Part shown: positions 15,584 to 25,786 of the stretch, one piece after another
Position numbering within the stretch: the first letter of the stretch is position 1
How the letters are laid out: the number at the start of each line of letters is the position of its first letter
From: Bacteroidota bacterium
GTDB taxonomy: Bacteria; Bacteroidota; Bacteroidia; JABEUT01
DNA length: 57,602 nt
NCBI GenBank assembly: GCA_013289395.1
Contig: JABCZY010000002.1
Coordinates: forward strand, 1 to 57,602
Direction of reading: 5' to 3'
Position numbers and translations under genes: made by a program
The notes under the pieces: model-generated
Databases searched by the model: none
The model's input: the letters and a program-made list of their open reading frames with translations, nothing else
Told to the model about the DNA's origin: nothing

Positions 15584-17929
15584 ATGAAAAAGCTTACTTC
15601 CCTGGTAATTGCACTCGTTGTTGGAATTATTAACGCATCGGCAGGTGTAGTTACACAAAATGTAGCCCAAACCGTGGCTGCAAATTTTTACAATCAAAAC
15701 TTTCAAACATCGGTTACGTCCATAAACCTAGCATATTCTGAAAATGACGCTAACGGCCAGGTTGCTTATTATGTTTTTAACATTAATGGTAATGGCGGAT
15801 TTGTTATTGTTTCTGCTGAAGATGCTGGACACCCTATTATAGGATGTTCAAATACCGGAACATACGGAATACCTAAGGGAACAAATAATGAGTTCGATTT
15901 CTGGATGAAAAAACGGAATGCTGAAATTACGGAAATGCGTACTAACAATATAAAGGCTGATGCTGAAGTGAATGATGAGTGGCATTCGTATGTTACTAAT
16001 ACAGTTCCACAAAGCTTGATGAAACATCAACCGCATAAGGCACTTGGTAGTTCATTTCCTTCACCTAGTTTATTTCTCGTAAAATCAACATGGGATCAAC
16101 AATATCAACCATATCCTTACAATTATTTTTGCCCTCCGGGTACAAAAGGCGCTATATCAGGCAATTCGGTTACCGGTTGCGTTGCAACTACCATGTCGCA
16201 AATTATGAGATACTGGTCATACCCTCCTAAGGGTATTGGTTCAAGCAGCTATTGCGATTGTACTCCTAATTTTACAAAACAATATGGCACCCTTTCAGCA
16301 AATTATGCAACTACTAACTATAATTGGTCTGCAATGCCATTAACTCCTACCGGTACTGCTTCGGTGAATACCGGAGATACGGACATTGCCCGTTTAATGT
16401 ACGATTGTGGTGTTAGTGTGCAAATGGATTATAGCACTTCCGGTAGCGGAGCTTTTGTTGTTAAATTAGATGATCCTAATAATTGCGCTGAGATTTCATA
16501 TCCTAAATACTTTGGCTACAACAGCAAAATAATACATGGCCTGAGAGCTAACAGTAATGCAACCACCTGGCAGGATACTATTGAAAATGATCTGAATAAG
16601 AACAGACCGGTACAATACTATGGTACGGACCCATCAAATGGCGGACATACTTGGGTTTGTGATGGTTACAATGCAAGCAATCAATTTCACATGAACTGGG
16701 GATGGAGCGGAACAAGTAATGGTTGGTACGCGCTTAATAACCTTGCACCTACCGGTCAGCCAGACAATTTCACAACAAACCTGGGAGCTTTAATTGGAAT
16801 TCAACCTCCTCCACAAACGCCTGTAGCTGATTTTACAGCTAATGTTACAACCATTCCGGTTGGAAGTGCAATTAATTTCTACGACCTTTCTGTACAGTTC
16901 CCAACTTCATGGGCATGGACATTTACAGGCGCTGCTACAACTTCATCAACAGCACAAAACCCTACAGGTATAGTATATAATACCGTGGGTACTTACCAGG
17001 TTGTATTAACAGTTACAAATGGTGCCGGTAACAACACCATGACTAAAACCTCATACATAAACGTAGTTAAAGGACAAGGCTGTGATACACTAAGCAATTT
17101 ACCTGATAGTGCATACCTTACTGTTTATGGAAGCCCTACTACGGGTTGGATTAATGGATGCTATGGTGATACGGTTCAACAGGTTGCTGAATATTTCCCA
17201 TATACGCCTAGCGCTGGCTTTACAATAGGTTCAGCATATGTATATTTATACAAAGCAAGTTCAACAACTGCGGGAAGAACTGTAAATATTAATGTTTGGG
17301 ATAATACCGGAACTGCAGGAGCACCCGGTAAGATACTGGCTACAAAAGCTATAGCTGTTAGTACTGTTAAACCTGCAAATGGTGCCACTCTGGTTACATT
17401 CACCACACCGGTTGCAGTTACTACTCCTTTTTATGTGGGCGTTGATTTTACAACAATTGCTGCTGCATATAAAACCGATACCGTTGCCATTGTAACAGAT
17501 ACTAATAATGACAAGGGAGCACCGGCTACTGCATGGCAATATGATGTAGCAGCAAAGTATAGTTTAAATGGATGGAAACCGGTTGCCAGTGTTTGGAATA
17601 TTAATATTTCAAACGCAATATGGCCTGTGTTCTGTGCCGGAACAGCTTCACCTACAGAAGTGTATAACTATGACCTTTCGGAGGGTGTAAAACTTTATCC
17701 TAATCCTACTAAGGGCATTATTACTGCCGATGTTGCCCTTGAACAATCAAGCGATGTGCAGGTGCAGGTATTTAATGCATTGGGACAATTGGTACAACAG
17801 GCCCATTGGGGTAATGTGCTGAATGCCACTTACACTATAAACCTTTCAGATCAGGCAAATGGAATGTATTTTATAAAGCTGATATCTGATAAGGCAACCG
17901 TTACCAAAAAGGTAATGTTGAACAGGTAA
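15584..17929 (+). CDS. C10-family (streptopain-like) cysteine peptidase with an Spi-type pro-region, a PKD domain, an uncharacterised beta-rich domain and a T9SS type-A C-terminal sorting domain
   Basis: N-terminal VAQTVAANFYNQ (Spi inhibitor/pro-domain pattern). Catalytic Cys context TGCVATTMSQIMRYW and catalytic His context GGHTWVCDGY. PKD-like ADFTANVTTIPVGSAINFYDLS..YQVVLTVTNGAG. CTD: VKLYPNPTKGIIT...NGMYFIKLISDKATVTKKVMLNR. Confidence 0.85.
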   Translation: MKKLTSLVIALVVGIINASAGVVTQNVAQTVAANFYNQNFQTSVTSINLAYSENDANGQVAYYVFNINGNGGFVIVSAEDAGHPIIGCSNTGTYGIPKGTNNEFDFWMKKRNAEITEMRTNNIKADAEVNDEWHSYVTNTVPQSLMKHQPHKALGSSFPSPSLFLVKSTWDQQYQPYPYNYFCPPGTKGAISGNSVTGCVATTMSQIMRYWSYPPKGIGSSSYCDCTPNFTKQYGTLSANYATTNYNWSAMPLTPTGTASVNTGDTDIARLMYDCGVSVQMDYSTSGSGAFVVKLDDPNNCAEISYPKYFGYNSKIIHGLRANSNATTWQDTIENDLNKNRPVQYYGTDPSNGGHTWVCDGYNASNQFHMNWGWSGTSNGWYALNNLAPTGQPDNFTTNLGALIGIQPPPQTPVADFTANVTTIPVGSAINFYDLSVQFPTSWAWTFTGAATTSSTAQNPTGIVYNTVGTYQVVLTVTNGAGNNTMTKTSYINVVKGQGCDTLSNLPDSAYLTVYGSPTTGWINGCYGDTVQQVAEYFPYTPSAGFTIGSAYVYLYKASSTTAGRTVNINVWDNTGTAGAPGKILATKAIAVSTVKPANGATLVTFTTPVAVTTPFYVGVDFTTIAAAYKTDTVAIVTDTNNDKGAPATAWQYDVAAKYSLNGWKPVASVWNINISNAIWPVFCAGTASPTEVYNYDLSEGVKLYPNPTKGIITADVALEQSSDVQVQVFNALGQLVQQAHWGNVLNATYTINLSDQANGMYFIKLISDKATVTKKVMLNR

Positions 17930-17954
17930 GCAAATTAAAATCAAAAACAGAAGA

Positions 17955-17984
17955 TCCCGGCCTTTAAAAAGTCGGGGTTTTTTG
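17955..17984 (+). terminator. Rho-independent terminator candidate
   Basis: CCCGGC..GTCGGG stem (one G-U pair) followed by TTTTTT. Confidence 0.5.
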
Positions 17985-17999
17985 TTTAACTTTGTTTCA

Positions 18000-19361
18000 A
18001 TGCGTCAGTTTATAAAAAAGACAATTCTGTTGCTATTTGTGCTTCATGCAGGTTTCGTGTTTGCCCAAAAACCATTTACCTCCAAACATGAAGTTATTCG
18101 CTGTATTAATATGGAGGATTATGAGTTGCAATTGCAGAAACAGGATACTACCCGTAAAGCGCGCCGTAATAATGCAATAAAAATAATGGATACGTGGATC
18201 GCTGATCGGAAACTTCATCACCGGCCCGATTCTATAGCACAATATACTATACCTGTTGTGTTTCATATATTATGGAATAGTGCCACTCCGGCAGAACAGA
18301 TCTCACTGGCTCAAATAAGAACTCAGATAAAGGTTATGAATGAAGATTACAACCGGATGAATAGCGACACCACGAAAACCCCCTTGCCATTTCAACCTTT
18401 GGCAGCAAATTTTCATATTACTTTTTGCCTTGCACAAACTGACCCGAATGGTAAACTAACCAGTGGCGTAGTGTATAAACAAACTACTACCACTAAATTC
18501 TCAATGACTAACAATAGCGCTAAAAGACCTGCCCTAGGAGGTGATACGGCATGGGACCCCAATAAATACCTGAACATATGGGTGTGTAATATTTACGATC
18601 AGTTCGGAAACCAATTGCTCGGTTATTCGGAGTTCCCAACCAGCCCGCTCGATAATACATTCGGATCGGTAATACTTTATGAAGCAATCGGAGACTCAGG
18701 TTACTTACCGCTCGCTGCATATAACTTAGGACGAACAATTAGCCACGAAACAGGGCATTTATTAAATCTGCACCACCCCTGGGGTGATGATGGTGGACTT
18801 TGCCCATCGCAAGCAGGTGGAGCAGATGATGGTGCTGCCGATACCCCACCTGAAGGTAATTCATTAAATGATGGTTACGGTGACGGAAGCGGACCAACCT
18901 TTGGCTGCCCGCCATTTCCATATGTAGATAATTGTTCAACAACCAGCCCCGGAATTATGATCGAGAACTTCATGGAGTATACTGATGATAATTGTATGAA
19001 CTTATTTACTAATGACCAATACACTATTGCACTGGCTGCGCTAAATGGACCCTTATCAAAATTGGTTACATCAAACACATGCGTGGCACCAAATGGAGTA
19101 GAAGAATATTCTTTTAATTCTTCCATTACTATTTACCCTAACCCTTCGAAAGGAAAATTTGTAATTGCATTTGATAATTCAAGTCGCATTACTATTCAAG
19201 TATTGAATGTGCTTGGGCAAATTGTTGCAGAAGAGAATTCAAACAATATGAACAATCATAATTTTACCCTTGATATTACTGACCAACCCAATGGAATGTA
19301 TTTTGTAAAGATCAGCAATGGAGTTTTCTCCACGGTCAGGAAAATAATGGTTTCAAGATAG
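18000..19361 (+). CDS. M43-family (pappalysin/cytophagalysin-like) zinc metallopeptidase with a T9SS type-A CTD
   Basis: ATG at 18000 gives MRQFIKKTILLLFVLHAGFVFAQ. Zinc motif HETGHLLNLHHPWGDD. CTD: ITIYPNPSKGKFVI...NGMYFVKISNGVFSTVRKIMVSR. Confidence 0.8.
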   Translation: MRQFIKKTILLLFVLHAGFVFAQKPFTSKHEVIRCINMEDYELQLQKQDTTRKARRNNAIKIMDTWIADRKLHHRPDSIAQYTIPVVFHILWNSATPAEQISLAQIRTQIKVMNEDYNRMNSDTTKTPLPFQPLAANFHITFCLAQTDPNGKLTSGVVYKQTTTTKFSMTNNSAKRPALGGDTAWDPNKYLNIWVCNIYDQFGNQLLGYSEFPTSPLDNTFGSVILYEAIGDSGYLPLAAYNLGRTISHETGHLLNLHHPWGDDGGLCPSQAGGADDGAADTPPEGNSLNDGYGDGSGPTFGCPPFPYVDNCSTTSPGIMIENFMEYTDDNCMNLFTNDQYTIALAALNGPLSKLVTSNTCVAPNGVEEYSFNSSITIYPNPSKGKFVIAFDNSSRITIQVLNVLGQIVAEENSNNMNNHNFTLDITDQPNGMYFVKISNGVFSTVRKIMVSR

Positions 19362-19364
19362 AGA

Positions 19365-21692
19365 TTACCCGAGTATTTTAAGACGTGCAAAACGAAGTAA
19401 CAATTGTTTCTTCTCACCATTCTCAAACAACACCGTAGCTTTACTATTCGGGTATTGACCTTCCATAGTTATTACCTCGCCCATTCCAAACCTGTCATGC
19501 TCCACTTTCATTCCAACAGCTAATTCTTTCAGGTGACTATTATCAACCGGCGCACCGGTCATAGGAGCTTTATTAATACTTACCAGTTTCTTTTTTGTAA
19601 GTGGGTTTTGCATTACGGGCGGAGACACATTAAACACCTTAGGTGTTTTTGGGAACGATGATCTGTATGTATTATCTTCAGAAGAAGATGCCGTATACGA
19701 AATTGTATTTTCAACACAGTCTTCAGGTAGTTCTTCCAAAAAGCGACTTGGTTCGCAGCTTAATGCATTGCCATATTTATACCTGCTTATTGAATACGAC
19801 AGATATGCTTGTTTCTTAGCGCGGGTAAGAGCAACGTAAAACAATCTCCTTTCTTCCTCAAGTTCTTCACGAGAGTTTATTGCCATTTGAGAAGGGAAAA
19901 GATTTTCCTCTAACCCACCCAGGTAAACATAATTAAACTCAAGTCCTTTAGCAGCATGTATGGTCATTAACAGCACCTTGTCACTACCATGTTCTTCATC
20001 CTCATTAATATCTTCACTGGTAAGCAATGCAATATCTTCCATGAACATATTAAGTGTAGGCATCTGGCCTTCAGGGTCTGCCTTTTCAGTAAAGTCTTTT
20101 AATCCGTTCAATAATTCCTGCACGTTTTCCATCCTATTAATTCCCTCAGGTGTACGATCCTGGTATAGCTCTTTCATAAGGCCGCTGTTCGATGCTATAT
20201 ATTCCGCAAGTTTAAATGCACTATGGGTTTCCAGCATTGCAGCAAAGCTTTTTATAAGTGTTGCAAACTCACCGATTTTTTCAATGGCGCGCGATTGAAC
20301 AGGTAAGTTGAAGTCTTTTATATTCTCCATTACCGTCCATATACTTACGTCGTTATCATTGGCAGACACGATCATTTTATCGAACGTAGTATCTCCAATT
20401 CCGCGTACCGGGTAATTAATAACCCGGCGCAAAGCTTCCTCATCATGATGATTAATGGTAAGGCGGAAATAAGCCATTATATCTTTTATCTCTTTACGCT
20501 GGTAGAAAGAAACACCACCATAAATACGATATGGAATATTGAGCTTGCGCAAGGCTTCCTCAAGTGGACGGCTTTGTGCATTGGTACGGTATAGTATTGC
20601 AAACTCCTTATTCGAAGCTTGTTTTGATATACGTGTATCGAATATAGATTGGGCTATTTGTCGGCCTTCTTCCGAATCGCTATAGGCACGGCTTATTTTT
20701 ATTTTATCTCCTTCTTCGTTCGAGGTCCAAACTGTTTTTTGCAACTGATCGCGGTTTTTGGAAATAACCTGGTTAGCTGCATTTACTATATTCTTGGTTG
20801 ACCTATAGTTCTGTTCTAATTTAAAAACCTGTGTGTCGGCGTAATGCTTTTGGAAGTTAAGTATGTTCTGAATATTTGCCCCGCGGAATGCATAAATACT
20901 TTGTGCGTCATCACCCACAACACAAATGTTCAAATGCCTTGCAGCCAGCTGGCGCAATATCATGTACTGTGAAAAGTTGGTATCCTGGTACTCATCAACC
21001 ATTATATAGCGGAACATATTCTGGTACTTGAGCAACACTTCCGGATGGTCGCGCAGCAATAAGTTGGTGTGATACAGCAGGTCATCAAAATCCATAGCAC
21101 CAGCCTTAAATAAACGTTTATTATACGTTTCAAATATTTGCCCGAAGTGCTCACGGCGTGCAGCCCTGTCTTCGTTCATATACGTAATGTCAGCCAGATA
21201 TTCTTTGGGGGAAAGAAGCATGGTTTTAAGAGTCGAAATTCGACTCAACAAAGCTGAAGCTTTGTAGGCAGCATCATTAAGCCCGAGTTCTTTTACAATA
21301 CTTTTTAAAAGGGTTTTTGAATCATCGGTATCGTAAATGGTAAAGTTTACCGGGTAGCCTATCTTACTCGCCTCGCGCCTTAACAACCTTGCAAAAGTGG
21401 AGTGAAATGTTCCCATCCAAATATCGCGTGCACCGGTCCCGACCAAATGCGTAATACGCTCTTTCATTTCTCTTGCCGCCTTATTGGTAAATGTAAGTGA
21501 CAGAATACTATATGGATCAACACCTTGATTAATGAGATGCGCTATGCGATATGTAAGTACACGTGTTTTACCTGAACCGGCACCTGCAATTATCATTACA
21601 GGCCCTTCAGTAGCCACAACTGCAGCGCGTTGTTCCTCATTTAAGTGTGCTAAAAAATCCTTTTCCATGTACTGATTTTTCAAAGATTTCAA
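19365..21692 (-). CDS. uvrD: ATP-dependent DNA helicase, UvrD/PcrA/Rep family
   Basis: Walker A AGAGSGKTRVLT, TFTNKAAREM, VDEYQDTN, QNYRST, LLMTIHAAKGLEF, YVALTRAK. Confidence 0.92.
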   Translation of the reverse strand: MKSLKNQYMEKDFLAHLNEEQRAAVVATEGPVMIIAGAGSGKTRVLTYRIAHLINQGVDPYSILSLTFTNKAAREMKERITHLVGTGARDIWMGTFHSTFARLLRREASKIGYPVNFTIYDTDDSKTLLKSIVKELGLNDAAYKASALLSRISTLKTMLLSPKEYLADITYMNEDRAARREHFGQIFETYNKRLFKAGAMDFDDLLYHTNLLLRDHPEVLLKYQNMFRYIMVDEYQDTNFSQYMILRQLAARHLNICVVGDDAQSIYAFRGANIQNILNFQKHYADTQVFKLEQNYRSTKNIVNAANQVISKNRDQLQKTVWTSNEEGDKIKISRAYSDSEEGRQIAQSIFDTRISKQASNKEFAILYRTNAQSRPLEEALRKLNIPYRIYGGVSFYQRKEIKDIMAYFRLTINHHDEEALRRVINYPVRGIGDTTFDKMIVSANDNDVSIWTVMENIKDFNLPVQSRAIEKIGEFATLIKSFAAMLETHSAFKLAEYIASNSGLMKELYQDRTPEGINRMENVQELLNGLKDFTEKADPEGQMPTLNMFMEDIALLTSEDINEDEEHGSDKVLLMTIHAAKGLEFNYVYLGGLEENLFPSQMAINSREELEEERRLFYVALTRAKKQAYLSYSISRYKYGNALSCEPSRFLEELPEDCVENTISYTASSSEDNTYRSSFPKTPKVFNVSPPVMQNPLTKKKLVSINKAPMTGAPVDNSHLKELAVGMKVEHDRFGMGEVITMEGQYPNSKATVLFENGEKKQLLLRFARLKILG

Positions 21693-21863
21693 AGGTAGTA
21701 TTAAAGCCGCTGAAAGTGATGTGATGTTGAAAAATACTACTAAATTTTACCCAACCTTTTAGGTTTTCCTCAGTAGATGTATTGTTTGAAACAAGAATCG
21801 TACTTCTTTCGGTTATTTCTCGTACATTTGGCTATGAATATTGAACCACATTACATTACCTAT

Positions 21864-24809
21864 ATGAAAAAGACCTACTTCTTCAAAAAACTAAAACCTA
21901 TTCTATTCATCTGCGGCTTTCTTTTAGCTGGGAATATCAATTTATATGCCCAGTCTAAAGATACTCTTGAACTGGCAGAAGATAAAGTCGCAAGCATAAG
22001 GGACTTGGTATTTAATGGATTCAGGGAGAAAACAGGTGTTACGGATATTGAGTTTCAGGAATTTACCTTGTATTACCAAAAAGTAATTGCAAGAAATATG
22101 GGAAGGTTATTTAATGCCTTGAAAAAAAATCCTGATATAGAACCCCTACAAGAACAACAGTATATTGCAAATATGCAGAACGGGTTTGTTTCATTATATG
22201 CAAAGCTTAAGAGAATAAAGGCTGAGTTTCCATCGAGTGTAGCGGAAGCAATAGCACCCAGACAACCTCACCATGCAACAGGTACTTGTAACCCTTCACC
22301 TGAAAATTTAGACTTTGCAAGTGGAACATTAGCGGGTTGGACGGTTGGTTATGCCAGTTGTTCATCTGAAGATGTTGGAAGCTGCCCTCCTGCAAATAAC
22401 AACACTCCTCCTAATTTCATATATAGTACTCCCACGTATTCAGTTCCCGGCGCCGTTAATAAAGGAGCCTTGGATCCATCTAAAACCAATAGTTACCAGA
22501 TATCTTTGTGTGGGCCAGGTACAGTAAATACCGGAGCTAATGATCCCATAGCAGGATTCCCTGTTGTTTGCCCAGGTTATACTCATTCATGCATGGTTGG
22601 TGATGGCTCAACCCCAAACTATGGGGTTGCTATATTGGAGCAAACTTTTACAGTTAATCCTGATTCTACAGAATTTTATTACAACTATGCTATATTATTA
22701 GAAAACCCTGGCCATTGTTATCATATGCAACCCTATTTCATCTTTGCTATATTAGACCAGAATGGAGATACAATTCCTACCTGTACAACTCCACGCATAG
22801 TATCAGGTTCAGGATTAAATGGTTGGGGTAGTAATGGAGATTGGCAATATTTAAACTGGACCCCTGGCCATGTTTCACTACAAAAATATGCAGGGCAATG
22901 CGTTACAGTTATTGTAATGACCTCAGATTGTGGCGCAGGTGGCCATGCAGGGTATGCTTATTTTGACGCCTCTTTTGGCGCAGGTAAGAACATTATAAGT
23001 TCATCATCAACTATATGTGGGACTACTCCTATTAAATTAACTGCCCCCCTATCTGGCATAGGTTATAAATGGATGGGGCCTTGCATAAATGGGTCAGATT
23101 CAACTCAAACTATTAATATAGGTTGTGCCGGAACCTATTCCCTTCTCATTAAGAATGGAACATGTACAAATGATACTCTTGCAGTAATTGTTAAACAAGA
23201 TTCTACAACACTTTCTTTAACAATTTCTTCTTCACTTAAGAATGATACCGTGTGCCCGGGCAGCGCAATAACCCTTACTGCCAATGGAGGCACAACCTAT
23301 AGTTGGACGGGAGGAATTACTAATGGTGTACCATTTTCTCCTTCGGTAACGGGTAAATATGTTGTTACCGCTACCAAATCAGGCTGTATTGGCAAAGATA
23401 GCATAACCGTTGTTGCAGGTACAGGTGCCTTACCTTCGGTAACTATAACTTCATCGCCTGCAAATGATACTGTTTGCAAAGGAAGCCCTGTAAAGCTTTC
23501 AGGTAATGGCGCTTCGTATTATGCCTGGTCAGGTGGTGTTACTAACGCAGTAGCTTTTCACCCTTCATCATCCGGAAAATATTTCGTTACCGGTACCGGT
23601 ACAAATGGATGTAGTAATACTGATTCGATGAGTATAACTGTAAACCCGCTACCTATTCTAAATATTACTTCCTCCCCATCTAATGATAGTATATGCCCGG
23701 GCGGCAGTATTACTTTAACAGCAACAGGAGCTTCAAACTATAGCTGGAGTGGTGGTATTACTAACGGTGTTGCGTTTTCACCCGCATCAACTGCGAAGTA
23801 TGTAGTAACTGCCAGTAGTGCGAGTGGTTGCAGCAATAAGGATAGTGTAACCGTTGTAACTGGCCCTAATTTAATACCTAACATTACCATTATCTCTTCA
23901 CCAAAAAATGACACAATCTGCCCGGGCGGATCTATAACCCTTTCGGGCAAAGGTGGTAGTTCATATGTCTGGTCAGGAGGAGTCACCAACAATGTTCCTT
24001 TTAAACCAATAGTTTCAGGCCAATATAATGTTACAGGCTACAACTCAATTGGATGTAGTTCAAAAGACAGCGTTGTAGTTATTGCCGGTAGTGGTGCACT
24101 CCCTACAATAACCACAACCTCATCGCCTACAAGTGACACTATTTGCAAAGGTAACACGGTTAAACTTTCTGCTTCTGGTGCTTATTATTATAGCTGGTCA
24201 GGTGGTATTTCGAATGGTGTTTCGTTTACACCAGGTTCATCTGGTAAATATATTGTAACGGGCACGGGTACTAATGGATGTAGTACTACTGATACTGTAA
24301 ACGTGGTGGTAAACCCATTGCCTGTTATTACAATAACGGGTGTAACACCTGTAGCATCTGGAACACCAGATACATTAACAGCAAGTGGCGGAGTTTCTTA
24401 TACATGGAGTACAGGCAGCACAAACGATACTACTATTGTAAGTCCTGCAAAAACTACTACGTATACAGTAACAGCAGTAAGTAGTAAAGGCTGCAGTAGC
24501 AATGCAAGCTTTACAGTTACCATTCAAGCTTTAACAGGTGTAATTAATATTAACCCGGTTAATGGTATTGTGCTTTACCCTAATCCTGCCAATGAAATTC
24601 TCAACCTTAATTTTACTACAAATGGTAGAACTATTGCTGCCATACTAAAAATTGCGGACCTATCGGGCAAACAATGGCTGGAACAAAATATTACAGTAAC
24701 TGGAAACAAGATAGTTCCGATAAATATATCTTCACTTGCAAATGGAATGTACTTCATCAGTATTGAAACCAATTTGGGAACAAAGACACTGAAGTTTATT
24801 AAGGAATAA
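21864..24809 (+). CDS. T9SS type-A cargo protein: helical N-terminal region, an unassigned Cys-rich ~250-aa domain, about seven Ig-like (CHU_C-associated-type) repeats and a CTD
   Basis: ATG at 21864 gives MKKTYFFKKLKPILFICGFLLAGNINLYAQ. Repeats have the form NDT(V/I)C(P/K)G..(I/V).L.A.G...Y.WSGG(I/V)TN. CTD: VLYPNPANEILNL...NGMYFISIETNLGTKTLKFIKE. Confidence 0.7.
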   Translation: MKKTYFFKKLKPILFICGFLLAGNINLYAQSKDTLELAEDKVASIRDLVFNGFREKTGVTDIEFQEFTLYYQKVIARNMGRLFNALKKNPDIEPLQEQQYIANMQNGFVSLYAKLKRIKAEFPSSVAEAIAPRQPHHATGTCNPSPENLDFASGTLAGWTVGYASCSSEDVGSCPPANNNTPPNFIYSTPTYSVPGAVNKGALDPSKTNSYQISLCGPGTVNTGANDPIAGFPVVCPGYTHSCMVGDGSTPNYGVAILEQTFTVNPDSTEFYYNYAILLENPGHCYHMQPYFIFAILDQNGDTIPTCTTPRIVSGSGLNGWGSNGDWQYLNWTPGHVSLQKYAGQCVTVIVMTSDCGAGGHAGYAYFDASFGAGKNIISSSSTICGTTPIKLTAPLSGIGYKWMGPCINGSDSTQTINIGCAGTYSLLIKNGTCTNDTLAVIVKQDSTTLSLTISSSLKNDTVCPGSAITLTANGGTTYSWTGGITNGVPFSPSVTGKYVVTATKSGCIGKDSITVVAGTGALPSVTITSSPANDTVCKGSPVKLSGNGASYYAWSGGVTNAVAFHPSSSGKYFVTGTGTNGCSNTDSMSITVNPLPILNITSSPSNDSICPGGSITLTATGASNYSWSGGITNGVAFSPASTAKYVVTASSASGCSNKDSVTVVTGPNLIPNITIISSPKNDTICPGGSITLSGKGGSSYVWSGGVTNNVPFKPIVSGQYNVTGYNSIGCSSKDSVVVIAGSGALPTITTTSSPTSDTICKGNTVKLSASGAYYYSWSGGISNGVSFTPGSSGKYIVTGTGTNGCSTTDTVNVVVNPLPVITITGVTPVASGTPDTLTASGGVSYTWSTGSTNDTTIVSPAKTTTYTVTAVSSKGCSSNASFTVTIQALTGVININPVNGIVLYPNPANEILNLNFTTNGRTIAAILKIADLSGKQWLEQNITVTGNKIVPINISSLANGMYFISIETNLGTKTLKFIKE
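23000..24500 (+). repeat. In-frame tandem coding repeats (~70 aa Ig-like units, two sub-types in the order x-A-B-A-A-B-x)
   Basis: A-type: NDTVCPGSAITLTANGGTTYSWTGGITNGVPF, NDSICPGGSITLTATGASNYSWSGGITNGVAF and NDTICPGGSITLSGKGGSSYVWSGGVTNNVPF. B-type: NDTVCKGSPVKLSGNGASYYAWSGGVTNAVAF and SDTICKGNTVKLSASGAYYYSWSGGISNGVSF. Confidence 0.75.
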
Positions 24810-24872
24810 GATCACCTGATTGTTAATAAATCTGTAGCTATTTATTCAGTGGCATTAAATAGCTTTGTGTTT

Positions 24873-25772
24873 ATGAAGCGTTACCTATTATTTCTTCCGT
24901 TCATTTTTGTTTTAGCTGCATGTAAACACAACATTGTATCGAAGTATCCCGGCTATTCTACAAAAAACAATACGGATTACTTTAAGTATACAGATCTAGG
25001 CAGCAACAAAAGAACCGCAAGGGCCGGCGATGTTATGGAAGTAATTATAAGTTATTCCAAAATGAACGATTCAGTGTTTTGGGACTCACGCAACAATGGC
25101 TTTCCATTTGCAGTTTATTTACCTTACGATACCTTAAAAGAAGGTGGTAGCTATCAGAAAGTATTAATGAGTGGAAATGAAGGAGATAGCATTAATTTAA
25201 TAGTCCCTACTCAAGAAGTATTCAGGCAAATACTGCACCTGACCGTACCCTATTTTCTGCAAAAGAATGAAATGATGAAGGTAAATACCCGAATTGTTTC
25301 AATTATGGATGCCGGCCAGTTTGCTGAAAAAGAGAAGAAAATACGGGAATTCAGAAAAGACATGGACATACAGGAACAATTATCTCTCCTTCAATATGTT
25401 AACGTAAATAATATACCGCAAAGCACAAAGCAGGATAATGTTTATTTTTTGGCTGAGAAAGATGGAAACGGGCCTGAAGTAAAGGACAGAAGCACGGTGA
25501 GTATTGCCTACAGGGGCTATTTTCTTAATGGCCATACATTCGACTCTGTTTCGCCCAATAACCCCTTGCAATTCAGGCTGGGAGATACCGCACAGGTAAT
25601 TACCGGCCTTGAAATAGGTATAAAAAGGATGAGGGAAGGAGAGAAAGCCAAAATTATTATACCTTCGCAACTCGCCTTTGGAGAGAATGGGTCCTCCACT
25701 GGAATTGTACCTCCTTATACTTCGGTAATTTATGAGGTTACAATGTTGAAAGTAAACGATCCAGGTAAATAA
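24873..25772 (+). CDS. FKBP-type peptidyl-prolyl isomerase lipoprotein (diverged N-terminal domain plus C-terminal FKBP domain)
   Basis: ATG at 24873 gives MKRYLLFLPFIFVLAAC (lipobox). C-terminal VSIAYRGYFLNGHTFDS...VITGLEIGIKRMREGEKAKIIIPSQLAFGENG. Confidence 0.8.
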   Translation: MKRYLLFLPFIFVLAACKHNIVSKYPGYSTKNNTDYFKYTDLGSNKRTARAGDVMEVIISYSKMNDSVFWDSRNNGFPFAVYLPYDTLKEGGSYQKVLMSGNEGDSINLIVPTQEVFRQILHLTVPYFLQKNEMMKVNTRIVSIMDAGQFAEKEKKIREFRKDMDIQEQLSLLQYVNVNNIPQSTKQDNVYFLAEKDGNGPEVKDRSTVSIAYRGYFLNGHTFDSVSPNNPLQFRLGDTAQVITGLEIGIKRMREGEKAKIIIPSQLAFGENGSSTGIVPPYTSVIYEVTMLKVNDPGK

Positions 25773-25786
25773 CATTTTTTATAATT

